Below, in pieces: positions 1-8,638 of a stretch of 43,302 nt of DNA (position 1 is the first letter of the stretch; each line of letters begins with the position of its first letter). A model generated the notes under the pieces. That model had not been told where the DNA came from. It searched no databases and was given only the letters and a program-made list of their open reading frames with translations. This stretch comes from Myxococcota bacterium (GTDB lineage Bacteria; Myxococcota; JACRCW01). The DNA lies in NCBI GenBank assembly GCA_040752415.1, contig JBFMGU010000066.1:1-43302 (forward strand). Reading direction: 5' to 3'. The translations under genes were made by a program, and so were the position numbers.

Positions 1-103
1 CCGTCCCTTCCGTGCTCTCCCCACCCCAAGCCCCCGACGACGGTTGAACCCGCCAACGCAGCTGTGCCACATCGTCGGTTCCCGTCGCTGTGGAAGGCCC
101 AGG

Positions 104-1834
104 ATGACGCTGAAGCTGAACCGCCCCCTTGCCGGCCCCGTGGCCGTCACCGTTGCATTGTGCGCCAGCCTGCTCACGTTGGCCGCGGCGTGCCCCAAGG
201 TGAAGGACGCGCCGGCGTCGACGACGGGACCGGCCCAGGTGAACCTGGTGTTCCAGGGCAGCGTACGCGGCTGGGTGGAGCCGTGCGGGTGCACCGTGGA
301 GCCGCTGGGCGGTGTGCACCGCGTCAAGGCGGAGGTGGACAAGGTGCGGCAGCGCGGCGCCACGCTGGTGCTGGATGCCGGGGGCCTGCTCTTCGACCGC
401 ACCGAGGTGCCTCCCGCCGCGCAGTGCCAGGAAGATGCGCGCGTGAAATTGCTGCTCGCCGCGGCGCGTTCCACCGGTGTGGAGTTGACGACGGTGGGCA
501 CCTACGACCTGGCCAAGGGAGACGCGTACCGCGCCGCGGTGCTCAAGGAGGCGGGAATCACCGCGGTGTCCGCCAACGTCGAGGGTGCGGCCGGCGTGGT
601 CCCGCGCGCGCTCAAGGACGTGGGCGGGATGAAGGTGGGCGTCACCGGCGTCACCTGGCCGGAGGATGTCCCCGCCGCGCCGGGGGCGGAGTGGAAGTCG
701 CTGCGTCTCAAGGATCCCCGGGAGGCCCTGGCGCGCGAGGTGGCGGCGTTGCGCGGGGAGGGCGCGCAGCTGGTGGTGGTGTTGGCGCAGCTCTCCCGCG
801 CGCAGGTGATGCAGCTGATGGGCGCGGTGAAGGGCGTGGACCTGGTGATGCTGGGATGGGAGCCGGGGGAGTCGCCCGCCTCGCCACAGGAGGTGGTGCC
901 GGGCACCTGGCTGCTGGCCGCGGGCGCGCAGGCGCAATACCTGGGGAAGGTGGCGGTCACGGTGAAGGACCCCAAGGCACCGCTCAGCTACGACGACAAC
1001 GGCGCGCGCGCCGCCGCCGAGGCCAAGCGCGTGGAGGAGCGCATCAAGCTGATGGAGGCGCAGGTGGCGGACTTCCAGGCCCGTGGCGACGAGGCCAACG
1101 TGAAGGCGCGCCAGGAGAAGATCGCGCAGTTGCGTGCGCAGCGGCAGGCCGCCACCAACGCCGGCGTGGCACCGTCCAGCGCGCCCCGGGCCTTCACCTT
1201 CGAGGCGCTCCCGCTCGACAGCAAGGTGGCCAGCGACGGTGCGCTTGCCGATCAACTGCAGGCCTACAAGACCTCGCTCCCCGAGCTGAACGCGCGCTGC
1301 GAGCAGGACCTCACCTGTCCGCCCGCGCCCGAGGGGAAGCCGCGCTACGTGGGCACCGCGGCGTGCGTGGATTGTCACGCGGAGGCGGCGGACTTCTGGA
1401 AGAAGGCGGTGATCAAGGATGCTGCCCGCGCCGCCAAGTACGCGCGCGTTCCCGGGCATCCCAATCCGCAGGGTGAGATCGGGCATGCGCGCGCGTGGCG
1501 CACCCTCGAGGAGGCCAAGGCCACCGGCAACCGCGACTGCATTGCCTGTCACACCGTGGGCTTCGAGCAGCCGGGTGGATTCTGCAAGACCTCCGAGGCC
1601 AGCAAGTGGGCCGCGGTGGGGTGCGAGAGCTGTCATGGTCCGGGCAGCGCGCACGTCGACAGCGAGGAGAAGCAGGACATCCGTCTCGCGGTGCCGGAGG
1701 AGCACTGCCGGGAGTGCCACCACGTGCCGCACATCGAAAGCACGGAGTCGTTCGTCTACAAGGAGAAGCTGAAGGTCATCCTGGGCCCGGGTCACGGCGC
1801 GGCCCGGCTCAAGGCGCTCCTGGAGGGGAAGTGA
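104..1834 (+). CDS. Lipoprotein: degenerate UshA/5'-nucleotidase-like domain with PCGC motif fused to a C-terminal tetraheme c-type cytochrome (c554-like)
   Basis: Lipobox-like LAAAC; GWVEPCGC...LGGVHR and LDAGG resemble the UshA-like (seleno)protein N-terminus; four CxxCH motifs (1364, 1538, 1622, 1706). ATG at 104 preferred over TTG at 44. Confidence 0.85.
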   Translation: MTLKLNRPLAGPVAVTVALCASLLTLAAACPKVKDAPASTTGPAQVNLVFQGSVRGWVEPCGCTVEPLGGVHRVKAEVDKVRQRGATLVLDAGGLLFDRTEVPPAAQCQEDARVKLLLAAARSTGVELTTVGTYDLAKGDAYRAAVLKEAGITAVSANVEGAAGVVPRALKDVGGMKVGVTGVTWPEDVPAAPGAEWKSLRLKDPREALAREVAALRGEGAQLVVVLAQLSRAQVMQLMGAVKGVDLVMLGWEPGESPASPQEVVPGTWLLAAGAQAQYLGKVAVTVKDPKAPLSYDDNGARAAAEAKRVEERIKLMEAQVADFQARGDEANVKARQEKIAQLRAQRQAATNAGVAPSSAPRAFTFEALPLDSKVASDGALADQLQAYKTSLPELNARCEQDLTCPPAPEGKPRYVGTAACVDCHAEAADFWKKAVIKDAARAAKYARVPGHPNPQGEIGHARAWRTLEEAKATGNRDCIACHTVGFEQPGGFCKTSEASKWAAVGCESCHGPGSAHVDSEEKQDIRLAVPEEHCRECHHVPHIESTESFVYKEKLKVILGPGHGAARLKALLEGK

Positions 1835-3639
1835 TGGTGCCCAGCAAGCCGCTGAGCGCGTCCATGGTGGTGGTGATGCTGGCCACCGCGCTGGATCCCG
1901 TCGTGGTGCTCGCGGGTGAGGAGCTGCCTCCCGCGCCCGCGCTGCCTCCCGCCGCCGAGGAAGACGAGGATGACGACGTGGATCCCGGCGCGGAAGCGCT
2001 GGAGGAGCCGGAGCCCGCGGGAGCCGCGGAAGCCGCCGAGCCACCCGGCAACACCGAGCCGCCCCCGGAGGAGCGCGCCGCGCCGGAGACCCCGGAGCCG
2101 GAACCCGCGCTCCCCGACGTCATTGACGCCGACCCGGAAGCCGCCGAGCTCAACCAGATGCATGACCTGGAGAAGCGGCTGGAGCGCCTGGAGCTGCTCT
2201 ATCCCCCGGCGATTCCCGTCGAGGATCACCAGCAGCTGGATGCGCGGCAGCGGCGTCTCCCGGTGGGGGTGCACGTGCACGGGAGCCTGGGCACCGAGCG
2301 GCTGCGTGAGCTGGTGGAGGAGCTGCGACGGGACGCGGAGCGCGCGGCGCTGGCGGAGCTGGTGAAGCCCGCGTTGCCCGTGCCCGCGCCGTTCAAGATG
2401 GGGCCGCTGGGACCGGTCACCAGTGACATTCCCATCGTCGACAACGCCATGGTGCAGCACTGGATCCGCTTCTTCACCGGCGTGGGCGCCAAGTACTACC
2501 GCAAGTGGATTGCCCGCTACTGGCGCTACGGCCCGGTGATGCGGAAGATCCTGGAGGCGGAAGGCCTGCCCAGTGACCTCGTGTATCTCTCCATGATCGA
2601 GAGCGGGTTCTCACCCAAGGCCTACAGCTTCGCGCACGCGGCGGGACAGTGGCAGTTCATCCGCGCCACCGGCGAGCGCATGGGACTGACCACCAACTTC
2701 TGGGTCGACGAGCGGCGGGATCCCATCAAGGCCACCTACGCCGCCGCCAAGTACCTGCGCAGCCTCAATACCGAGTTCAGCGACTGGCACCTGGCCTGGG
2801 CCAGCTACAACGCGGGACCGGCCAAGGTGCGTCGTGCCATGCGTCGTCACAACAGCCGGGAGTTCTTCACGCTGGCGCGCGGCCGCTACCTGCGCTGGGA
2901 GACGCGCAACTACGTCCCCAAGCTCATTGCCGCGGCCATCATTGCCAAGGACCCGGTGAAGTACGGATTCACCGACGTGGAGCCGCTGCCGCTCTTTGAG
3001 TTCCACACCCTGCCGGTGCCGGACAGCACCTCGCTCAGCTCCCTGGCCAAGGCCTGCGCCACCGACGTGGACACGCTGCTGGAGCTCAACCCGGAGTTGC
3101 GTCGCCCCATGACGCCGCCCATTGCGGAAGGCGCGGAGCCCTACCTGTTGCGCGTCCCGGTGGGGAAGGTGCCGCGTTGTGAGGAGGGCCTGCGGGAGCT
3201 GCGGGAGGAGGAGCGGTACACCTACCGGCGTCACCGCGTGAGCAACGGGGAGACGCTCACCGCGTTGGCCCAGCGCTACCTCACCGAGGAGCGGCTCATC
3301 ATCGCCGAGAACAACCTGCCCAATGAGAAGCTGCAGGCGGGAGAGGACCTGATCCTGCCGGTGCCCGCGGGCCGACGCGCGCCGCTGGGTCACATGGATG
3401 ACGACGTCACCGAGCGACGCGGTCGCGTGGTGCTGGCCAAGCCGCCGCGCGGCACCAAGGCGGTGCGCGTGGTGGTGCAGAAGGGCGACACGCTGTGGGA
3501 CATTGCCTCGCGCTTCGGGGTGGACGTGCGCAGCGTGGTGGCGTGGAACGGGCTGAACCGTCGACGTCGCTTGCGCGTGGGCCAGCGGCTCACCGTCTAC
3601 GTGAAGGACACCAGCAAGAAGACCGCCGGCGCGCGCTGA
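1834..3639 (+). CDS. mltD: Lytic murein transglycosylase, MltD-like (SLT domain + LysM domains)
   Basis: SLT motifs MIESGF, AAGQWQFI, ASYNAG, ETRNYVPK; LysM repeats (VSNGETLTALA, VQKGDTLWDIA); ATG overlaps the upstream TGA (TGATG). Confidence 0.9.
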   Translation: MVPSKPLSASMVVVMLATALDPVVVLAGEELPPAPALPPAAEEDEDDDVDPGAEALEEPEPAGAAEAAEPPGNTEPPPEERAAPETPEPEPALPDVIDADPEAAELNQMHDLEKRLERLELLYPPAIPVEDHQQLDARQRRLPVGVHVHGSLGTERLRELVEELRRDAERAALAELVKPALPVPAPFKMGPLGPVTSDIPIVDNAMVQHWIRFFTGVGAKYYRKWIARYWRYGPVMRKILEAEGLPSDLVYLSMIESGFSPKAYSFAHAAGQWQFIRATGERMGLTTNFWVDERRDPIKATYAAAKYLRSLNTEFSDWHLAWASYNAGPAKVRRAMRRHNSREFFTLARGRYLRWETRNYVPKLIAAAIIAKDPVKYGFTDVEPLPLFEFHTLPVPDSTSLSSLAKACATDVDTLLELNPELRRPMTPPIAEGAEPYLLRVPVGKVPRCEEGLRELREEERYTYRRHRVSNGETLTALAQRYLTEERLIIAENNLPNEKLQAGEDLILPVPAGRRAPLGHMDDDVTERRGRVVLAKPPRGTKAVRVVVQKGDTLWDIASRFGVDVRSVVAWNGLNRRRRLRVGQRLTVYVKDTSKKTAGAR

Positions 3640-3713
3640 CGCGGACCCGGGGCCCATCCCTGGACCGGGAACGACGCGCCCACTAGGACACCGTCCCATC
3701 CTGAGGAGGGTCC

Positions 3714-4394
3714 ATGCTCCTGCGCGTCATTCCCCTGCCCGCCGTGCTGTGCGTTTCCATCCTGGCCGTGGCTCCCACGGTGGTGCACGCGGAGCAGCGT
3801 CAGGCTCCCATCACCGCCGCGGAGGATGATGAGGACCTCAATGACGACGTGCAGAGCGAGGAGGCGGCATCCACGCCGTTCCTGGAGCAGCTGAAGGCGC
3901 TGCGGGTGAAGTACTTCCCGTTCTGGTTCGCCGACGACCTGCACCCCGAGGTGGAGAACAAGAAGTGGATCATCCTGGGGGTGAACTTCCTGATCCCCGT
4001 GTTCTTCAGCCTGGCGGACTGCGTGTTCCCGGACTTCTGGACCCCCATGCTGCTGCTGGCCAACAAGCCCCGTTATGAGTTCGAGGAGCTGCTGGTGACC
4101 TACGCGGTGTTCCAGCTGTTCCGCGTGCTGATGGTCTACCCGTTCCTGCTGGCCAGCTGCGTGTGTCCGCCGCTGAGCGGGTTGTTCCTGGTGGCCTACG
4201 AGGTGTGGACCTACGTGGCGCGGTATCTCTACAGCATGAGCATGCTGCACGCGTGGGACCGCATCATGAAGCGGCAGATGCCGGTGGAGGGCGGATCGGC
4301 GGCGCAGACGCGCAAGGCCGCCCGTCGCTCCCGACCGGCGCGCGCGGAGAGCGACGAGGACATGGTGGACGAGAAGGTCCCCGCCACGGATTGA
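3714..4394 (+). CDS. Hypothetical membrane protein with signal peptide
   Basis: GAGGAG RBS just upstream; GC3-biased codons; signal-peptide-like N-terminus and several hydrophobic segments. Confidence 0.75.
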   Translation: MLLRVIPLPAVLCVSILAVAPTVVHAEQRQAPITAAEDDEDLNDDVQSEEAASTPFLEQLKALRVKYFPFWFADDLHPEVENKKWIILGVNFLIPVFFSLADCVFPDFWTPMLLLANKPRYEFEELLVTYAVFQLFRVLMVYPFLLASCVCPPLSGLFLVAYEVWTYVARYLYSMSMLHAWDRIMKRQMPVEGGSAAQTRKAARRSRPARAESDEDMVDEKVPATD

Positions 4395-4419
4395 CCGCGC
4401 AACCCGCCCGACCACCCCC

Positions 4420-5508
4420 TCACTTCGCGCAGCTTAGCGTCCCGGGATACGCACCCACCACCGACACGATCCCCGGCGGCAGCGACTTCTTCATGGGTTT
4501 GAGCGTGGCGGTGACCAGCGCGAGATTGCGTTTCTCGTCGTAGGGGGCGAAGCGCGCGGTGATGTCGCCCCGCGCGTCGGAGAGCAGGTCGTGCATCATG
4601 ACCGGAGCATCGCAGTCGCGTTCAAACGCGGAGAGCGAAACCGTCTTCACGTTGGGATGGGTGCGTGTCCGGAAGTGCACGCGGCGCGGGCCCACCTCGT
4701 AGACGACCTGCCATTGCGTGGAATCCTCGAACCGGACCTCGTCGAGAAGTGACCAGGCCTGACCCACGGGATCCGGGAGCGCGGTGCGCTTCAGCCCCTG
4801 GGAGATGACGTTGAACCGGCCGAGGGAAGAGCGCGGCTTGGGGCGCTTGCGGGCGGTGAGGGAGCGCTTGGAGTCGGCGTAGGTGCTGTTGGTGACGGCG
4901 GGCACGGGCAGGTCGCGTCCCCGCGTTGCCACCAACCTGCCGGAGAGGAATTCCAGCGTGGCACACGCACCGGTCCCGTCGCACACGAAGTAGTGGAGCT
5001 TCGCATACACCGGCGAGACCCGGACCTCGTTGGCCAAGGTCACCGCCTCGTAGAGCGTGGACGCCTGGTCCAGCAGGTACTGCACCAAGCCCAGCTCGCT
5101 GATCGCCGGTCGCAGGTCATAGGAGGGGTACTCGCTGGACGGCAGCAGCAGCACTTCCACCACCAGCCCCTCCTCGTTGAGGCCGCCGTTGGGGAACTCG
5201 CGACCGTACTGGTTGAACGTCAGGCTGGCGTACCGGCTGGTCCAACTTGCCACCGGCACGGACATCACCAGGGCGCGCTTGTTGACGCCGCGCTTGTTGA
5301 TCAGGACCAGCCCGCGTTCCTGACTCCAGTCATAGCTCTTCGCCACCACGGGTCCTTCGGGTGTGGTGCGCATGAACGCGCTGCAAGGGAAGGCCGGCCG
5401 CGCGGAGAGCACCACCACGACGAGAGCGAGCGCGGCAAGACGAAGGATCACAGCACGCCTCCCGCGGCGGTGGCGCACCACCAGCAACAACATGCCGCGT
5501 TGCTGCAC
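4420..5508 (-). CDS. Linear amide C-N hydrolase (choloylglycine hydrolase/penicillin V acylase family, Ntn hydrolase)
   Basis: Signal peptide followed by the N-terminal nucleophile Cys (CSAF); KSYDW, GGLNEEGL, LHYFVCD, TNS motifs. True start probably downstream (~5493 or ~5451). Confidence 0.85.
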   Translation of the reverse strand: MQQRGMLLLVVRHRRGRRAVILRLAALALVVVVLSARPAFPCSAFMRTTPEGPVVAKSYDWSQERGLVLINKRGVNKRALVMSVPVASWTSRYASLTFNQYGREFPNGGLNEEGLVVEVLLLPSSEYPSYDLRPAISELGLVQYLLDQASTLYEAVTLANEVRVSPVYAKLHYFVCDGTGACATLEFLSGRLVATRGRDLPVPAVTNSTYADSKRSLTARKRPKPRSSLGRFNVISQGLKRTALPDPVGQAWSLLDEVRFEDSTQWQVVYEVGPRRVHFRTRTHPNVKTVSLSAFERDCDAPVMMHDLLSDARGDITARFAPYDEKRNLALVTATLKPMKKSLPPGIVSVVGAYPGTLSCAK

Positions 5509-5544
5509 CGCCGGTTTCCGAAAACCTGTCCGTGACGTCGTGGG

Positions 5545-5949
5545 TTAGCGGCGTGCCGCGGCCTTCTTCCCGGTGCTCTTCCGGCCGGCGGGCTTCTTCG
5601 CTTTGGGCTTGGCGCGCGCGGACGCCGCTCCCGCCAGGAGGCCATGACTCTCCGCAATCCATCCTCCCACCACGTCCATCAACGGTGGCTGGCTCTCGCT
5701 GAACATCAGCTTCACCCAGCCGCCGGCTCCCGCGCGGTAACGGTCCGGCTCCTTGGCGGCAAGCTTGCGGGCTTCCGGCAGGGATTCGCCCAGTTTCAAC
5801 AACGCGTCGGTGACGCCGAGGAAGAGGAAGGCCTTGTCGCGGACCTTGATGGTGCGTCTTTCCATGGCGGTTCCCTCGCACGCCACACCCTCGGTGGTGT
5901 CGGGCAGCTTCAGTGCGATCTTGCGCAGCGTCTGCAACGTCTTGCTCAT
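5545..5949 (-). CDS. MmcQ/YjbR family protein
   Basis: LRKIALKLPDTTE...KVRDKAFLFL...GWV...WIAESH pattern; Lys-rich tail; ATG at 5949. Confidence 0.75.
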   Translation of the reverse strand: MSKTLQTLRKIALKLPDTTEGVACEGTAMERRTIKVRDKAFLFLGVTDALLKLGESLPEARKLAAKEPDRYRAGAGGWVKLMFSESQPPLMDVVGGWIAESHGLLAGAASARAKPKAKKPAGRKSTGKKAAARR

Positions 5950-5962
5950 GGATACCCCCGGT

Positions 5963-6844
5963 TCATCGTCTGGAGGATGTGGCGCGCACGCCCAGGAACC
6001 GCGCCAGGAACGGCGTGATGCTGTCGTAGTGGAAATCCGGGCGGCCGTCGCTGAGGTACACCGCGTGGTCTCGCAGATCCCGGGACGACCCCGGCGCGTA
6101 GAGCCGCACACCCGTGGCCGCACACATCGCGTTGAGCTCGGCGCCCAGCTCGTTGCCGCCGTGCTCATGGATGAGCGTGTTGAGCAAGCGCGGGTCGCGC
6201 GTGACCCAGCTGAACTTATCGCGCCCGTCGGACTCGATGTATTCGAGCAGGTCGATGAAACGCGTGCGCTCCGGCATGCCCGCGGCGGCCAGGGAGTCCG
6301 AAATCGTGATGCGGTTCTCGAGGTAGAAATAGCGTTTCAGGTGCGCCTTTCCGTCGGTGAATTCCTCGCAGACGCCGTGGTGGTTGTCGCGGTCCGACGA
6401 ATTCAGCTCCAGCCTCTCCGGCGGTCCAAAGGGCAGTCCCTTCACGCGCAGGTGCCAGTAGTGCGTCAGCGTTCCATCGGCGTCGACCTTCAGCGCGAAC
6501 GTCACGCCGCGGTGCAGGGCCAACATCCGCCGGGTGGGATGCCATTGCGCCAGGAATTCCTGGAACCGTCCGCGGTCCTTCACTGGCAGGAGCGTGTCCA
6601 GCTCGGTGGGCGTCAGGTGGCGGGAGTACGAGAAATAGAACTTCACGTTCTTCAGTCCACCCGACGTGAAATTGATTCCCACGTAGCCGTGGAACGGGTG
6701 GTCGTCGGGCGGAACCCGCAGCGCCTCGCGCACAAAGCGCAGCCACGCCGGACGTCGCGACGCGCCGAACAACAGGTCCCGGATGGACCACGGTGAGAGC
6801 GCCACCGCGTCCCCCGCGACGTCAGGGTTCCGCTGGCGGGTCAT
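5963..6844 (-). CDS. Hypothetical protein, possible ABBA (PT-barrel) prenyltransferase-like fold
   Basis: 293-aa ORF overlapping the upstream gene by 23 bp; five beta-hairpin-like strand pairs, e.g. YVGINF..NVKFYF and GVCEEF..LKRYFY. The CDS is well supported; the fold call is inference. Confidence 0.6.
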   Translation of the reverse strand: MTRQRNPDVAGDAVALSPWSIRDLLFGASRRPAWLRFVREALRVPPDDHPFHGYVGINFTSGGLKNVKFYFSYSRHLTPTELDTLLPVKDRGRFQEFLAQWHPTRRMLALHRGVTFALKVDADGTLTHYWHLRVKGLPFGPPERLELNSSDRDNHHGVCEEFTDGKAHLKRYFYLENRITISDSLAAAGMPERTRFIDLLEYIESDGRDKFSWVTRDPRLLNTLIHEHGGNELGAELNAMCAATGVRLYAPGSSRDLRDHAVYLSDGRPDFHYDSITPFLARFLGVRATSSRR

Positions 6845-7841
6845 CGTTCTTCACCCAGGGAAGCACGGCGGCGTTGAGCTTGCGGGCGTCCTGGCGCTCC
6901 TCGTCGGTGAGCGGCCGACCGAGGCGGCGTTCAATGACGGCGGTGAGCCCGGACCGGCTGAGCGCCGCGTAGAACCAGCGACGGAACTGCAGGTGCAGCG
7001 TCTCGATCCGCTGCGCCGAATCACGGCTGATGGCGCGGGTGGGGTGCAGTCGGGAGGGGCGCGGCAGTGAGGCCCTGAACTCGCTGAAATCCAGGTCGCA
7101 CGCGTCAAAGGCCTGGCGGTACTCCTCGGCGCGTTCGATGTTCCAGATGCCCTCGTCGAGCCAGATGCCGTAGCGGATGATCTCCTCGCGCTCCTCCTCG
7201 CTGGCTGCCTCCACGCCCCGCGCCAGGTACTGCACACCAAACGCCACGTGCTGGGACTCGTCGCGCTCGATGCGGTGGACGGCTTCGCAGAACACGGGAT
7301 CCTGCACGAACAGCAGGTGCTGACGGAAATCCAGCAGCGCGCGGGCTTCCAGGAAGAGCTGCAGGCCCAGCATCTTCCGGGGCCAGCTGGTGCAGTTGAC
7401 GAGGTCGGTGATGAACGCGTCAAACGGTTTCCACACCGGGTAGATGGGCCCCAGCCGACGCACCGCCTTGTGCACGCTCTCGACGTGACGGGCCTCGTCG
7501 CGCGCCTGGTTGGCGGCGTAGATGCGCGCGTCGATGTCATCCAGGATGCTGACGAGCTGGGCGGACACCATCATGGCGCACTGCTCGCCGTGGAGTGTCT
7601 GGGAGAAGTCGTAGGCAACGAACTGCCGGGCCAGTTCCTCCTTCTTCTCATGGGAGAGGGCCTGCACGTAGCGGGAGCGCAGCGCGCCGTGCCATTCTAG
7701 GATGCGCCCGTAGTCTCCGTCGGAGAGATGTCGTTCCCAGTCAATCTCCGACGACGTCCACCGCGTCTTCTCCGAGACGGTGAGGAGGCGTTGCAGCGTG
7801 GGCACCCGCGTCTCGTAGTCCAGGCTCAGCGCAAGGCTCAT
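6822..7841 (-). CDS. Ferritin-like diiron protein (AurF/N-oxygenase-like)
   Basis: SQTLHGEQ, DEARH, LFLEA and DESQH form the paired E...ExxH diiron ligand pattern; start taken at ATG 7841 (MSLALSLDY). Confidence 0.85.
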   Translation of the reverse strand: MSLALSLDYETRVPTLQRLLTVSEKTRWTSSEIDWERHLSDGDYGRILEWHGALRSRYVQALSHEKKEELARQFVAYDFSQTLHGEQCAMMVSAQLVSILDDIDARIYAANQARDEARHVESVHKAVRRLGPIYPVWKPFDAFITDLVNCTSWPRKMLGLQLFLEARALLDFRQHLLFVQDPVFCEAVHRIERDESQHVAFGVQYLARGVEAASEEEREEIIRYGIWLDEGIWNIERAEEYRQAFDACDLDFSEFRASLPRPSRLHPTRAISRDSAQRIETLHLQFRRWFYAALSRSGLTAVIERRLGRPLTDEERQDARKLNAAVLPWVKNDDPPAEP

Positions 7842-7969
7842 GGCCGGGAGCGTAAGGGCACGCCTGCGATCCTTCAACGCGACGCGCGCCCCAGGACGAG
7901 CCCGCGCCCCCGCGGTGGAACGGGATGGATTCGCCCCGTTGCCCGACGCTGAGCTAGAATCCATGCCGC

Positions 7970-8572
7970 ATGCGTTTTGGCATCCAGCGACGCCACATCT
8001 ACCTGGAGCCGCTGGGCGGCATGGAGACGCCATGGCTGCTGCGTCAGCTGCAGGCCGACGACGTCCGGGACGCGTTTGCGTTGACGATGACCCCCACCAC
8101 GCAAGGCATCCAGCGCGAGCGCAAGCTGGGGCGTCTGTTGCTGGGGACGATCCGTCTCGTCGAGAGCCGGGCGCGGATCGGGTTTGTGGCCATGGTGGCG
8201 CCCGATGAGGAGCGGGAGTTCTGGGAGATCTTCGCGGCCATCCCCGACCGGCGACACCGCGACGCGTGGAGCATGCTGCACACCGTTGATGCCATGAGTC
8301 ATTACATGTTCGACCACGGCGGCGTGGCGAAGTGTGGCGCGCGCGTGCGCACGGACAACACGGCGTCCCAGGCGGTGGTGAAGCGCATCGGCTACCGCGT
8401 GGAGCGGACCGAGCTTGTCGAGGACCTGCTGCACCTCTGTTACGTCATCGACCAGCCGACGTGGGCCAGGCGCCGCGCGCGACTGGACGAGGGCGAGGCG
8501 CGCCATCCCTCGCCGGGCGGCGGAACGTTCGTGGTGTTGCGCGGTCCGCCGTATGTGCCGGTGGTGGGGTGA
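7970..8572 (+). CDS. GNAT-fold protein, RimJ/RimL-like
   Basis: C-terminal VRTDNTASQAVVKRIGY matches GNAT motif B (N.AS....K.GF); YMFD preceding it is RimJ-like; motif A is degenerate. Confidence 0.75.
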   Translation: MRFGIQRRHIYLEPLGGMETPWLLRQLQADDVRDAFALTMTPTTQGIQRERKLGRLLLGTIRLVESRARIGFVAMVAPDEEREFWEIFAAIPDRRHRDAWSMLHTVDAMSHYMFDHGGVAKCGARVRTDNTASQAVVKRIGYRVERTELVEDLLHLCYVIDQPTWARRRARLDEGEARHPSPGGGTFVVLRGPPYVPVVG

Positions 8573-8638
8573 CGCGCACGGGATCCACGACGTCCGCAGT
8601 CCCGCTGCGCAACTTGTCCTGGCGCAGCCCCGGCCCCG

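Noticed and set aside
284..292. Selenocysteine recoding in the UshA-like CxC motif
   Set aside because: Both codons are TGC; there is no in-frame TGA.
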